DNA of 64,000 bases from Blepharisma stoltei ATCC 30299 (GCA_965603825.1 CBFDEM010000019.1:1-64000), one strand, 5' to 3'. Shown: positions 23,525 to 36,983, numbered from the stretch's first letter. Numbers and translations are program-made. The notes: generated from the letters alone by a model not told the origin.

Positions 23525-24595
23525 TTATTTTAATGCTGGCTCGACATATGTAAAATTCATGAACACGTTGGCTTCTTGCTGAGGAGTGTTCCAATTGGGG
23601 GGAGGGCTGGCTTCATCTTTTATATTGGCCACGTTGAAGTTTCTTGTATCTTTATCACCTCTAATCATCGGCTTTAAAGGCGGCTCCATTAGTTTGCGTC
23701 TTAAAAAATCCCAATCCATCCCGCCAAAAAATGGATGCGGTTTTATGTCAGCTGCATTTGCGAGCCTTTGCTTTGGGTCTGTAATTAACAGTTTTGATAT
23801 TAAATCCTTAGCTTTATCAGAAAAAGTTTCAGGGAAAAAGAGTTTTCCGCTTATAATATTCTTGAAAAGCTTATCATAATTTTTAGCGTAAAATGGCGAT
23901 TTTCCATTTAGCATTTCATATAAAAGAATCCCTAAGCCCCAATAATCAATTTCTTTGCCTTGGACATGCCCTTTTAGCACTTCTGGCGCTATATATTCAG
24001 GTGTTCCACATATAGTATGTGACCTATTCACTTCAGATGAAATTTTCGCTAAATTAAAGTCTCCTAGTTTTATATGCCCATCTGCATCTAAAAATACATT
24101 TTCAGGCTTTAAATCTCTATAGATGAAACCTTTATCATGTAAATCTTCTAAAGCTAGCAATACTTCAGCTGCATAAAACCTTGCAATTTCTTCTGTGAAT
24201 TTATTTAGCTTTCTTAAATGAAAGAACAGTTCTCCACCTTGCATAAAATCTAAAACTAAATAAAGCTTCTGATAATTCTGAAAAGCAAAATGCAATTTTA
24301 CTACAAAAGGGCTTTTCACTTGTGATAGCACTTCTCTTTCAGTCTGAGCATGAGCTTTCTTTTTCGCGTCAAAAAGTCTCTGTTTACTTATAAGCTTCAT
24401 TGCATATAGTTTCCCAGTATCTTTTTTCGTAACTAGCATGACTTTCCCAAATGATCCTTTCCCCAGGACTTTTTCTACCTTAAAACTTCTGACATTTATA
24501 GCTCTGGATTCCAAACTGTCAGGGATCACCAAAATATCTTCATTTTGCTTAGGCTGTGGGACTACTTCAGGATGGCAGCAACAAATATTGCCCAT
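23525..24595 (-). CDS. AGC Ser/Thr kinase (Akt/SGK/S6K-like)
   Basis: GKGSFGKV, YAMK, YRDLKPEN, DFN, CGTPEYIAPE, hydrophobic motif FMNFTY; N-terminal MGNICCC. Confidence 0.92.
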   Translation of the reverse strand: MGNICCCHPEVVPQPKQNEDILVIPDSLESRAINVRSFKVEKVLGKGSFGKVMLVTKKDTGKLYAMKLISKQRLFDAKKKAHAQTEREVLSQVKSPFVVKLHFAFQNYQKLYLVLDFMQGGELFFHLRKLNKFTEEIARFYAAEVLLALEDLHDKGFIYRDLKPENVFLDADGHIKLGDFNLAKISSEVNRSHTICGTPEYIAPEVLKGHVQGKEIDYWGLGILLYEMLNGKSPFYAKNYDKLFKNIISGKLFFPETFSDKAKDLISKLLITDPKQRLANAADIKPHPFFGGMDWDFLRRKLMEPPLKPMIRGDKDTRNFNVANIKDEASPPPNWNTPQQEANVFMNFTYVEPALK

Positions 24596-24647
24596 TATTA
24601 AAAATTAAGAAATGGTCCTTTATTCAAAATTTTTAGCTAAAATTTAA

Positions 24648-25763
24648 ATGTGGAAAACTTACCTTCAGCCTACTAAAAGTTTTAAAGCAAAAACAAAGGA
24701 CCCGTCAAACGTGAGGGAAAGAATCCAAAGCTTATCAGAAGCTGTAAGCGGCCTAAAGCAAGACGTCCATAATGAAGCTACAGTTAATGCAATGAACTTT
24801 GAAAGGATTGAAAAGCAGCATTTTAATACATTAAATAGCCAAGTAATGACCCTAAAAAAAGCTTTTACAGACCTTGCAGATGCTTTAGTAGAAGAATTAG
24901 ATGGGGTAAGAGAAGAAATGAGGGGAGAAATAAAGATGAACAAAGAAGAAATTTGGCAGAAATTTGAGGAAATTAATATGAACAACAGGCAAGCACAAGA
25001 AAACCATCATCAACTGAATGCTGCACTAACACAGACTACGAAACAAGCTTTTCAGCATATACAAACACTGAAAGCAAACCAAGATAAATTAGCAGGAGAT
25101 ATTGAAGCGGGAAGAGCAAAGGCGAGTGAAGCTCAAAATGATTTAAAACAGTTTATTACCCAGCTGCAGAAAATTGTGGAGACAAATTCACAGCATGTTG
25201 CAAGTCTTTATAAAGAGCAAAAAATCATACAAAATAATTTGGAAAAATTAAATAAACTGCCTGATGAAATTTCAAATGAAATTTTGAATGAAAAAGAAAA
25301 AAACCAAGAAAACGTAGAAATTCTTCAAGAAAGCATTAAAAATCTTAGTTTTGATATAAGAAACCTCGAAAAACAGCTTCTTGAGTACTCCACTAAGTCT
25401 GATTTACAGCTATTTAAAGGTGATTTTATTGATTTAGAAAAGAAATTAAAAGAACTATCAGAAGAATACAGAAAATCTTTTTATGAAATTAGAAAAGAAT
25501 TTGATGGGAAATGCGATGATATTAAAAGAGAACAAATTAATATTTCTGATGAAATTATCCAAGAAATCAGAGAAAAAAGTAGCCCACAGATAGAAAATAG
25601 GGTGGAATATCTGGAAGAGCTAACCACTGCTCAGCGAAGAGAATTATTTGGGTCAATTACATCAATGGAGCAGTCCTTTGTGAAAAAGCAAGAAAAGATT
25701 ATAAGGGCAATTTATCAGCTTGCCAGACACCAAGATCTCCCTGAAGCTCTTCTTGGGCTTTAA
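24648..25763 (+). CDS. Coiled-coil protein of unknown function
   Basis: 371-aa heptad-rich ORF. Confidence 0.75.
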   Translation: MWKTYLQPTKSFKAKTKDPSNVRERIQSLSEAVSGLKQDVHNEATVNAMNFERIEKQHFNTLNSQVMTLKKAFTDLADALVEELDGVREEMRGEIKMNKEEIWQKFEEINMNNRQAQENHHQLNAALTQTTKQAFQHIQTLKANQDKLAGDIEAGRAKASEAQNDLKQFITQLQKIVETNSQHVASLYKEQKIIQNNLEKLNKLPDEISNEILNEKEKNQENVEILQESIKNLSFDIRNLEKQLLEYSTKSDLQLFKGDFIDLEKKLKELSEEYRKSFYEIRKEFDGKCDDIKREQINISDEIIQEIREKSSPQIENRVEYLEELTTAQRRELFGSITSMEQSFVKKQEKIIRAIYQLARHQDLPEALLGL

Positions 25764-25992
25764 TTTAATTCTCTAATTCATTATTCTTTTAATTCTAAAT
25801 TATTCCTATTCAATCAGCCTTAATAAGCAATCGTATTAATTCTCCTACGTCACTATTTCATATTAAAATCCTCATTTTCATATTTTCCACAGACTTAAAT
25901 TCTGATTTCTTACAAATTCTCCTACTTGAATTTTTCTTCATCCTAACAATCAAATAATAAGAGAACTAATCAAAAAGTTTACTATAATAAAT

Positions 25993-28956
25993 ATGAGTGT
26001 AAAAGTTGCTGTCCGAGTTCGGCCGTTCAATACAAGAGAAAAAGACCTAGGTGCTCAGTTATGCATCAAAATGGAAGGCCAAACTACAATCATCATTGAC
26101 CCCAAAACTGGCAATCCTAGAGATTTTTCATTCGATTATTCTTTTTGGTCCCATGACGGCTTCACCGAACGTGAAGACGGCTACCTGTTAAGAGCTGACG
26201 ATAGATACGCTGACCAGAACATCGTATATCAAGAGCTCGGAGAACAAGTTTTAAACAATGCATGGGAGGGTTACAATTGTTGCCTTTTTGCATATGGGCA
26301 AACTGGATCTGGAAAATCTTACTCAATGGTAGGATATGGGGCTAACAAAGGGATCATTCCAGTGAGCTCAGAAGAAATTTTTGTAAGAATTGATAGAAAT
26401 CATGACCCAAATTTGATGTATGAAGTTATGGTCAGCATGCTTGAAATTTATAATGAAAAGGTGCAGGATTTGCTTATACCAGTAGCTCAGAGGCCACAAG
26501 GAGGGTTAAAAATCAGAGAAAGCAAAGCAACTGGCGTTTTCGTAGAAAATTTGTCAAAACACCCTGTTACTTCGTATGCGGAAATTGAAAAGCTGATGGA
26601 GAAAGGGAATACAAATAGGTCGATTGGGTCTACGCAGATGAACGCCACAAGCAGTAGAGCTCATACGATTTTTACGATAGAGTTTAAGCAGATTATAGTT
26701 AAAGGGGACACAAAAACGACAAAAGCTTCTGTGATTAATTTAGTCGATCTTGCAGGCAGTGAAAAAGCTGGACAAACAGGAGCTACAGGAGAAAGACTTA
26801 AAGAAGGATGCGCTATCAATAAATCTTTGGTCGTCTTAGGCTCAGTTATAGAAGCTCTTGCTGAGAAATCTCAAGGAAAAGACAAAAAAGGCATCGTTAT
26901 CCCTTACAGAGACTCAGCTTTGACTAGAATTCTTCAAAACGCCTTAGGAGGAAACAGCAAAACTGTCATGGTCTGTGCTCTTTCCCCTGCAACTGTAAAT
27001 TATGAAGAAACTTTGTCAACCCTCAGATATGCAGACAGAGCTAAAAAAATCAAAAACCATGCTGTCGTCAATGAGTCTCCAGAAGAAAAAATTATTAGGG
27101 AGCTTACACAAGAAAATGATGAACTTAAGCGGCTTATAGACCAAGCTGGAGGAATTGAAAAACTAAGGGAACTCAGAGAACAATTGGAAGCCAATGAAAG
27201 ATTTTCTTCAGCACAAAGGATCAGCTGGCAGCAACAAAGAGAAGCAGTCCAAGACGATTTTGAGCCTGAAATTGATAGATCTGGGCCTCATATTACGAAT
27301 ATTAATGAAGACCATTTATTGTCTGGAAAAGTTGTATATAATTTTGATAATGTACCAATCGTCGTGGGGAGAAAAACTGGAAACCCAAAGCCTGATATTT
27401 TAATATCAAATTCTAGTGTAAGGCCAAGACATTGCACTTTTGACAAAGACGAAGACGGGAATATTACTTTGCAGCCAATTGACCCTAGTTGCAGTGAATA
27501 TTTATTTGTAAACGGCAATAAAGTGTTTGAAAAAATAATACTCAAACATTTAGACAGGATAATTATAGGCACCAATCAGATTTATTTATTTAAAATCCCT
27601 GGGGAAGAAGCTGATATAAAAGAAAATGATATTGATTATGAATTCGCGATTGAAGAAAAAAGCAATGCCCAGCAGATTGATATTGAAAAAGAAATGCCCC
27701 AGATGCCTCAGCAACTTCCTACACCTATACAAACTAAGACTGCACCAGTACCTGTAGCGCAGGAAGAACCTAAAAATGATGTCATTGGAAATGAGCCAGG
27801 AAATAATTATATCCCTGAAAGCCAAGTAAATCATGAAAACCACCCAGAAAATCAAGAAAACCATGAAAGCCATGAAAATCACGAGAGCCATGAAAATCAT
27901 CATCCTGAGCACGCTCCAGAAGTAGCTCATGAGCCTGAGCCAGTAAATAAGAAACGTCAGCTTCACTCAAGGCTAGCCAAGCTTTTCCCTCTGGTAAATG
28001 AAGCCAATTTAATCGCAACTGACCTCAACCGTCATGTAAAATTCAATGTAAAAATTATCAATATTCTCCCTGATGAAGTTGAAAAAGAAGAAGACCTAGA
28101 GCCAGACTACTGGGAAAAAGAGCTTAAGGTTGAAGTCCAAAACCAAGATTATGGATTAATTTGGCTGTGGGATGTAGAAAAGTTTGAAGACAGGCTGTGC
28201 ATGTTGAGAGAAATGCTGGATGAGCAGACCGACCCTTCACCTGAAGAAGATCCACTCTGGGATCCACCAGAAGAAAATTTATTAGGAAAAGGATATTATT
28301 CATTAAAACCGCTTGGCTTGCTTTTTGATAATCCTTTCAACATATTAATCATCAGCACAAGTGGAGGAGATGCAGGATTATTGAAAATGAACATCGTCCC
28401 TACAGACGAAGATGGCCAAATGCTAGATGAAGGCCCAGAATCGCCTGAAGAATTAGTAGGATCACTTATAAATTTCCGTGTAGAAATTCAAGAAGCCTGA
28501 AATATTCCTTTATCCCATGCAAACAATGTATACTGTGAATATCATTTTCCAGGCCTTGGAATTCGTAGGACAAATGTGTTCCCAGGATACTCAGAGCATC
28601 CAACATTTAGCTATAAAGAGCAATTTACTAGTGTTTTGGTAGATGATTACTTGTGTAACTATATGCAAACTAAAAAATTAGCAATTTCTGTATTCGGGAC
28701 TGGTATGGCAATGAAAGTAGAGACCCAAAAACCAGCCAAAAAGAAGCCAACCTATGAGAGTGCCCCAGCGCAAACCCCATGTGTAGAAAATGTTATGGAA
28801 AACAGAACCAGAGCCACCACTGTAGGAGTTGCCAATAATGTATCACAAGGAATGGCTAGTCCCAAGATGGCGACAAAAAATATAAAAGCAGCAAAAGAAA
28901 AGGCAGTAAAGGGGGATAAAGGTGGAAAAGATAAGGAAAAATGCGCGATATTCTAG
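25993..28956 (+). CDS. Kinesin-3 family motor (KIF28/KLP-6-like) with FHA domain and C-terminal CaaX
   Basis: GQTGSGKS, SSRAH, DLAGSE, FHA region (LKHLDRIIIG), PLVNEANLIA; extends through TGA at 28498 to ...KEKCAIF-TAG. Confidence 0.9.
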
Positions 28957-29069
28957 AAGGCATAATTATTACTTAATATCATGTTTAAAGAGCTGCTGAG
29001 TTTTTATTTATGATTCTTATTTTTCTTCTTTACTTTTCCAATGGATTAACTCTCTTAATAAACCTAAAA

Positions 29070-30794
29070 ATGGGTGGCAAAGGTAAGAAGAAAAGAGATA
29101 CCCCAGAATCCTTCAAAGAAAAAGGTAACTCTGCCTTTAATATGCGCGATTTTTCACGAGCTCTTGAATCATACTCAAAAGGTTTAGAACTAGACCCAAA
29201 CCATGCCACCCTGCTTACAAATCGAGCATCAGTTTATATAGAACTCCATAGATATGAAGACGCCATCACAGATTCTGCTAAAGCAATAGAAGTTGACCCA
29301 AGCTGAATCAAAGGTTACTTGCGTATGGCTTTAGCCTTACGAGAGTTAAGCAGATTCCACGAAGCCATTGATTTTGTGCATCGTGGACTTACAATTAAGC
29401 CTGACTTTGAAGAACTCTTAATCTTGCAAAAAGGCATTGAAGAAGATTTAGCAATAGAAACAGCTCTTCCTTTAGATCACCCAGAAAGAGTCAAATTTGA
29501 TAACTTGATTAAGTGGCTGCTTGATGGAGGAGCCCAATTCCCCAAGCTAAAATTAAGATTTTATTCAAAAGACTACAGAGGCGTCCACAGTACCACTTTT
29601 ATTGCAAAAAACGAAACCATCGTAATAATCCCAAGAACTCATATCATTACTTTAGAAATGGCCAAAGCAACCCCAATTGGGCAAAAAATGGTCGCAGCCA
29701 ATCTAAACTTGTTGTCTCCTAAACATTCCTTTTTATCGTCCTTTATTTTACAAGAAAAAGCTAAAGAAGAAAGCTGGTGAAAGCCTTATTTAGACATTTT
29801 GCCTGAGTCTTATTCTAATTTTCCAATATTTTATACAGAAGAAGACAAAGAATGGCTGACTGGCTCTCCTTTTCTAGACCAAGTAAACGAAAAAATTCAA
29901 GATATAGAAGAAGATTATAACGCTATTGTAGAAGCTGTCCCTGAGTTTGCAGAATTTCCATTATTTGAATTTTCTAAAATCAGAATGGGAGTCAGTTCTA
30001 GGATTTTTGGCATGCAGATTGACGGGAATAAAACTGATGGCTTTGTACCTCTGGCTGATATGTTAAACCATAGAAGACCAAGACAGACCACGTGGTCTTA
30101 TGAAGACTCAAAAAATGGATTTGTTATTGAAGCTATGGAAGATATAGAAAGAGGACTGGAAGTTATGGACAGTTATGGGAAAAAATGCAACTCAAGGTTT
30201 TTATTAAATTATGGATTTATTGTGAGGAATAATGACGCCAATGAGTACCCATTTAAATGCAAGCTGAGGGAGGATGACCCGAATTTGATGACAAAAAGAA
30301 ATTTAATTGATGGAAGCTTGTCACAGACTTTTAGGGTGCAGGCTGATGAAAAAGAAAACATTTTTAGTGACTTTTTAGGGTTTTTGAGGTTTGTGGAGCT
30401 TAATGATATATCGATTTTGCCGAGGATTATGGAGGAATGCCAAGAAGAAGAGCAGCCAGGGTTTAAACCAAGAAAAATTAAGCCAATTTCTTTGGCAAAT
30501 GAAAGAAGAGTGCTGCAGCATGTGCAAAAATTAGCTAAAAATGGCATAGATTTGTACCCTGAAACTTTAGAATCAGATGCTCAAATTTTATTAAGAGAAG
30601 ATTTAACTGAAAATCAAAGAAATTGTGTCTTAATGAGACAAGGGGAAAAACAAATTTTAGATTGGTATTTTAAATTTGCTGAACAAGCTTTAGCTCTTTT
30701 AGACTTGGAAAGAAAAGATGTCAAAAAAGCAGCGAAAGGGAGTCCTTATGAGTCTTACTTAACACACAGCATAATACCTTTGTTAGGAAAATAA
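29070..30794 (+). CDS. TPR + SET-domain (Rubisco-LSMT/SETD3-like) methyltransferase
   Basis: KEKGNSAF TPRs, YRGV, VPLADMLNH, SYG..CNSRFLLNYGF; three pieces joined at TGA=W. Confidence 0.88.
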
Positions 30795-31755
30795 ATAATA
30801 ATCATATGGCTTTTGGGTCTTCGTACTTCAAGATTTAATATCTATTTGTTTCATGTACTTCCGAATCTCTTAAAACTCTCTCTGATATTTTAAACAAGCT
30901 TTTTATATAATCTTTTAGCAAATAATCATTAACTACCCTTATATTGATGAATAATCGGTCTATATCAAACTGCCAATAGTTCGATCATTACAAAAAAATT
31001 CCATTTTAGTCAGGTATTTCTGGATTTTTCTATTTAATTATTTTATCTCAAAATTGAAAGAATTACGCAAGAATTTTATCTAAAACTTTACATTTCAGCC
31101 TTTTCTTGAATATTTTTCTCTATTATACTGAGAATTTGACTTCTGGCTCTTAAATATGGATTTCTGACTTAACAATTAAAATAATTTGAGCTTTCTCTAG
31201 CACAGACTTATTATCAAAAGCCATTCAAGAAATATATAACTACTCATTCCTATTTGTCTCTGCCCTTAAATATTCTCAAGGCTAAAGCTAGAAATCCAAA
31301 TAAATTAAGGTGAGATGCTCAAAACTAAAATAAATGAACCCAGAATCGAAATTTATAAAAATCTCAAGATCAAGCTCCAGTTTTAAAATCACAAAAATAA
31401 ACATTGATCTATGCTCTCTCAGAATTCTCTTTTCTTTCTGTCAGTATCTCTGTAGAAAAAATCAAGAAAATTTTGTTTTTTGTCGCCAATAGAAATTAGT
31501 CTTACCACTTAAAAAAATAGTTTGAATTGGCTTAATGCAATAAATCCATGAAAATCTCACGAATATTTTGAAATAAGTTTAAAAATGCTGAGCAGCATAC
31601 TGAAAATAAAATTCAACATAAAATAGGCCATATTTAAATCAGCTGTGATTACTGATTCCATATTAGAATGTGTTAACTTAAATGTAATAAAATATGCATT
31701 TTTTAATTACATGTAGTAATGCTTAAATATAATGAGATTAGTAACTTTTTTCTAT

Positions 31756-32232
31756 TTACTCGTCGAGCATGCTTGAAGGATGCACAAGCATGCTATGCTT
31801 TTTGAACGCATACTTGTTGTAAAGAGTTAATCCGCATTGCAAACATTTGACTTTTTTGACGTCTTGGTGAACTTGTTCCATGTGATATTTCGCACAGAAT
31901 TTGCTATTGAACTTTTTATCACAAATTTCGCATTGATGAATTTTTTCAATTTTACTATGGAGTTTTCCTGAATGCTGCCTTAAACCTTTGTAGTTTTTAA
32001 ATGATCTTCCGCATATCTCGCACAAAATTTTTCGCCGGATTACTGTGTTTTTAAGGTTGGCAAATCTACTGCAATCAACCTTCACAAAATTAAGAATTTT
32101 TGAAGGAAAAGAGGGCTGAATTTCAGCAGAAGATTCATCTCCAAAGGCACCAATGAGAGGAAGATGTGGAATTTCGTTGTCATAAGGCCATATAAACATG
32201 TTGCAGAGCTCACTTTTCAATATTAGATCCAT
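31756..32232 (-). CDS. C2H2 zinc-finger protein (3 fingers)
   Basis: CEICGRSF..LRQHSGKLH; CEICDKKF..HMEQVH; CLQCG..HSMLVH. Confidence 0.85.
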   Translation of the reverse strand: MDLILKSELCNMFIWPYDNEIPHLPLIGAFGDESSAEIQPSFPSKILNFVKVDCSRFANLKNTVIRRKILCEICGRSFKNYKGLRQHSGKLHSKIEKIHQCEICDKKFNSKFCAKYHMEQVHQDVKKVKCLQCGLTLYNKYAFKKHSMLVHPSSMLDE

Positions 32233-32875
32233 ATATATATTAGTTTTAGCTTAACTTTGCCATTTCCAAACTTTTCTAGAACAAAGTTCCTCAAAATAAA
32301 AATAGCGAAATGCAGTTTTTCGTTAAAATCAGAGAGAAATACCTATAAAATAACAAATAGATAGAATGAAAGGCCTTAACTGTGTGTGTATTAGCTTAGT
32401 TTGGTGCTGCTTACTATAAGATTCAAAAATAAAATTAGGAATGAAAATATAGATAAAATCTGATTAAAATCCAGGTAAAATGTAGATTAATTAAGAAGAA
32501 CGCTTATATCGATAAAAAATTAAGGATATTAGTAGCAAATTGTGGAAGATATGAGAATTTGTTTTATTTTTTTTTTAAAAAATATCAAGAATAGTGTAAG
32601 ATGAGTTTAATAAAAATTAACACAAAGCTATTTTCAGGTAATTTATTAAGAAAACTAACTATAAATGAAATATTGTTAATATTATGAAAATAGGTATTTT
32701 CATTCATTTTACCATAAGCTTTTAGAATTTTATTCACAAAAATGGCTAGTTCTGATAGCATTTATAGATATAAAAAATCCAAAAATAATCATAAATCTCC
32801 TTTAATTCCTCAAATTAAAGTAGAATTAAATATGAATTCCTTAAATTTATATACTTTTAGAAATCCTAAATAGCA

Positions 32876-33559
32876 TTATTTAAAAAAAACTAAATTTGTA
32901 ACCAAAACAATTGAAACTTCACCTAAGAACAGCATAGCCGCTATAACTGCTTTCAGTTTCCCATTAATATTATTCTCACTCACTAAATTTTTTATTAAAG
33001 CTCCCATACTTCATAACCCCGCTGACAGTGTAAGCACAATTCTTACAACCTGTGACGTAAAAATGCAAATTGGTAAAATAAATAAATACAAAGAAAAAGA
33101 ATACCCATATAAAGAAACCAAATAAATAAATCCCACATTTGATAGTAAGCAGCAAGAAATTAAAGGAAAAGCAACTAAAAGTCCATAAATAATTGAAGCT
33201 GCCACCAAAAAATTAGATAAATGTGGTCCGATTGTATTGTAGTTAATTGCTGATTCAATATTTCCAAATGCACAAAGCATAAAAATGACTGTGGTCGCGA
33301 TCCAAAACGGGCCATATGCATCTGGCTTTGCAGAGCCAAAAAATCCAGACGGTGCAATAGGAATTATTGAGATAAATATCCTGTGAAAAACTGTACGTGT
33401 ATCTACATTGAAGTAAGGTCTATAGTATTTTACCTGCCAACACTTGTAGTTTTCTTTTGGTTTGGTCTCAAAAAGCCTATCAAATTCAAAAATTCCATCA
33501 GAGTTGATTGAAAGGTCTTCTTGTTGCAATAAACCTTTTTGATATGTGGATTTTTCCAT
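32876..33559 (-). CDS. Yip1-domain protein (YIPF1/2-like)
   Basis: YYRPYFNVDT, PDAYGPFWIATT, LYGYS; extends past TGA at 33011 to TAA. Confidence 0.85.
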
Positions 33560-33719
33560 TTTATCACTATGTATTTCGAAGAACAGAATTTATAATTAAG
33601 TAATTCTATATAATTCAGCAGTTTTAGAGCTTAATTTATAGCAAACTAATCCTTATAGCTTCTTATCTAAATAAACTATCTGAAAAGAGTATGTTTTCTA
33701 TTAAGAAATTTTACTTAAA

Positions 33720-34160
33720 TTATTTATTATCTGGGTAAAATTCCTCACTCAATTTGCTAATGGTTTTTCTCAAAAAATCTTGTTCATTTTCGTAATTTTC
33801 AAAGGATTTTTCAAGGCATGGTTTACTGCAGTCTTTATATGTTTTGTATTTTTCTAAACTATCTTGATCAACTAAGTCAAACTTTTGGTATTCCTCTAAA
33901 GTGATATTTCCCATGCATCTTTCAAAACATGATTGAACATCTGCTCTGCGTCTTTTTAGTCTATTATATTGAAGGAAATATTGGTCGTATCTCTGGACAC
34001 ATTTATCTTTACCTTCCATATAGCATTTCATATGAAGATCCCATAGTTTTGTTTCGTAGAAGTTAATATCTTCTTTAGCTCTCATTATTTTTTTGTTAAT
34101 TCTTTTGGTTTCTTCTAAAAGCTTTAGTTTTTCTTCTTCAAATGTACTCTTGCTAGCCAT
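33720..34160 (-). CDS. Hypothetical helical protein with CX3C pairs (FAM136/DUF842-like?)
   Basis: CFERC and CSKPC motifs in a 146-aa ORF; family call weak. Confidence 0.6.
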   Translation of the reverse strand: MASKSTFEEEKLKLLEETKRINKKIMRAKEDINFYETKLWDLHMKCYMEGKDKCVQRYDQYFLQYNRLKRRRADVQSCFERCMGNITLEEYQKFDLVDQDSLEKYKTYKDCSKPCLEKSFENYENEQDFLRKTISKLSEEFYPDNK

Positions 34161-34436
34161 ATTCAATTATTTATTAGTTTTATAAATTCAGTGAAATATT
34201 TTAGATGCTGCCAAATAGACTTTTCAGTAATGTTATCTCATATCATATATCCCAATTATGACTATGCTTATAGGGTATAAAATTTTATAATGATTATTAA
34301 TCTATGCTCTTTATTTTTCATTATAAGCTTATAGGAAACTTTGTTTTCAGCGCTAAGCAATAGTCTTACACTAGCCATATCCTTATATAGCCAAACTTAT
34401 AAATATGCAACTAAAATGAATAAATAAATTACACGT

Positions 34437-35198
34437 ATGCAAGACATATTTAAAAAGGACCAATACAACTTCCAGCTTGTCGGAGAGCCCAGCCAAACCT
34501 TACAGCTAATTTTACTCCAAAATCAATCAGTTTTCACTAACCTCCCTTATATCGTTTATATGTCGAAAAATCTAAAAATCAAAAAAACTAAAAATTCCTG
34601 ATACAAATCTCTATCAAGCCTATTTTACGATAATCCTGAGTTTATTCACAAAATAAAAAACCAAGAAGGAGCTTTAGAATATGTAGGGATCAGCAAAACA
34701 ATGGGTGGCAAAATATTCGGATTAAATCCCAAGATTTTTGATGGAAAAATGATAATTAGATTTGATGCTTTACTAGCTTATACTTCAGAAATTTCAATAA
34801 AGAACCATTTAAGTCAAGATATGCAGATGAGAAAAGAATTATGGATTGAAGGGTCAGGTGATGGAATTATCTTTCTACAAACCCCTTGCACTTTAATAGA
34901 AAAAAGATTGAGCAATGATGAAGAAATTTTGGTTTCGAAGAATTCAATTGTAGCGTGATCAAAAAATATAAGGATCACAAATAATACAGAAAATAATTCG
35001 TTCGCAAATTCTTATTATTATGGATGGGTTCAAGCCAATGTGAAAGGGCCTGGCGTAGTTTATATAGAAGGGAATGGGATAACACAAGAAGAAAGAAAAA
35101 AGAGTATTTCCAACAAGAGAATTAGAGCTTTTATGTTTATGTTTTTCTTTATGATAGTCGTAGAAATTATTCAAATGTATCTAGAAGAGTTCATCTAA
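34437..35198 (+). CDS. AIM24/DUF124-like protein with a C-terminal TM segment
   Basis: FQLVGEPSQTL, GSGDGIIFLQ, SIVAW, KGPGVVYI; joined via two TGA=W. Confidence 0.7.
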
Positions 35199-35464
35199 GA
35201 AATGTAAAATCCTATGATTTAACAAACAATATCTAAATAGTTAACTATTCTTTGGTTTATTTATTATTTTTAAATCCTGAAATGGTTATAATATAATTAT
35301 CAGTATTTTTTAAATAATTAAATAAAATTATTTATTTAAAAAAATTTTACGAATTAAGTGGCTATTTAAATATTTTGTGAGATTGATATTAAATGTATAA
35401 AAGTTCAGTAGATTTATATGATTTTTCAAAATAATGAAAATGGCAGTTAAAAATATTAATTTGA

Positions 35465-36055
35465 ATGAAGTTAAGCGATATTGGAAACTTGCTTGAACGA
35501 AGAAACAGAGAAATGAAGCAGCATATAAAGCAAAATGACTGGAAAACAGATGAAAAAATCAAAATAAATCATCGAAAAACAGCTAGCTTGAATTTTCCTA
35601 TGCAAAATAATGGAGTCAAATATATGAGATTTCAGTTTGATTCTGAAAGTTTAGGAAAATCGCTTAGAAACCAAAACATTTATATTGCTCCTTTAAGCAG
35701 CAGCACAAATTTACGAGATGCACTAGGAAAATATTACCAGCCAAAAACTTCAGTTGTTAGAATTCCTGCGTTTCCAAAAAGTCCTTTTGGCACTCATAAC
35801 AACTTGAATAATTCAAGTTTGATTTTTACAGAATTAGAGCTCCATAATTTAAATGAAGAAAAAAATGAAGAAAACATTAAGCTCATTAAAAAAGTTAATG
35901 GCAGAAACGCAAAGAGAAGGAATTCAGAAAGAGACATGACAAACTCAATATCTTTTAGATATAGAATTAAATCACTGCAGCCACAGAGGAACTATTCCTA
36001 TGGAATTAATACTGGATCCACAGAAGGGAATTATTGAAGTGAGCTTCTGTGATAA
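35465..36055 (+). CDS. Hypothetical protein
   Basis: ORF extends through two TGA codons to TAA at 36053. Confidence 0.6.
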
Positions 36056-36075
36056 ATTAATTGTTTATTATTAAT

Positions 36076-36891
36076 TTAACGCTCGAGCTTAATTAGAGCT
36101 TCGTTGGATTGAAATTTTCCATTTTTCCAAAGTCCTGTATATGTGTTTCCGTTTTCATCTATGTATTTTCCTGTTCCGTTTGGCATATTGCCACAATATT
36201 CTCCTTCATATATACTTTTATCATTATAAATGCATTTTCCTATCCCATGTTTTGAGTCACATTTAAAATCTCCGACATAAATTGTCCCATCAGAGTAAAA
36301 ATATTTTCCTTTTCCATCAAAATTGTCATTTTTAAATTCGCCTTCATATTTATCCCCAAATATAAAAATATAAACACCTCTGCCATTCCGTTCCCCATTT
36401 TTATGATCTCCTTCATAAATATTTCCTTTTGCGTAAATATATCTTCCTCTTCCATGGAAAACATTATCTTTGAAATAGCCTTCATAAATATCTTTTGAAG
36501 CAAAAATAAATTTTCCATATCCATCGAATTTATCATATAAAAATTCACCTTCATAATAGGCGCCACTTGGATATACTAATTTTCCTTCTCCATGCATAAG
36601 CCCATTTACTATTTCCCCAGTATAGATATTGCCATCAGCAAATCGAATAGTCCCAACGTTGTCAATAGAATTGGCATTGCTTTCTGTTGGGGGATTTGAA
36701 GTAAAATCTGTAAATTGAAAAGAAAGATTGTAGTGATTCAATGATATTGCTCTTGGATTTGGTTGTAAAAAAATCATATGATTGCGAGTTGAAAGATTAT
36801 AAAATAGAGATTCTCACCTAGATAGAAAAATTTTTCTAAAATAATTTTTGTATTCAAGCAGACCAACAACCAATTTTTTATATTTTTTCAT
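36076..36891 (-). CDS. MORN-repeat protein
   Basis: ~8 YEGEF..G.G.Y repeats; upstream in-frame ATG at 36891 via TGA=W. Confidence 0.88.
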
Positions 36892-36983
36892 TATAATAAA
36901 TCAAAAATGATAAAAATTCAGAATTACTTATTTTACTTTCATAAAATTACAAATAAGTAAATCTATAGCGTTTTAATTACACG

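Noticed and set aside
30800-31750. Long intergenic region as a possible RNA gene or retained IES
   Set aside because: No recognisable tRNA/snRNA structure, terminal repeats or ORF by eye
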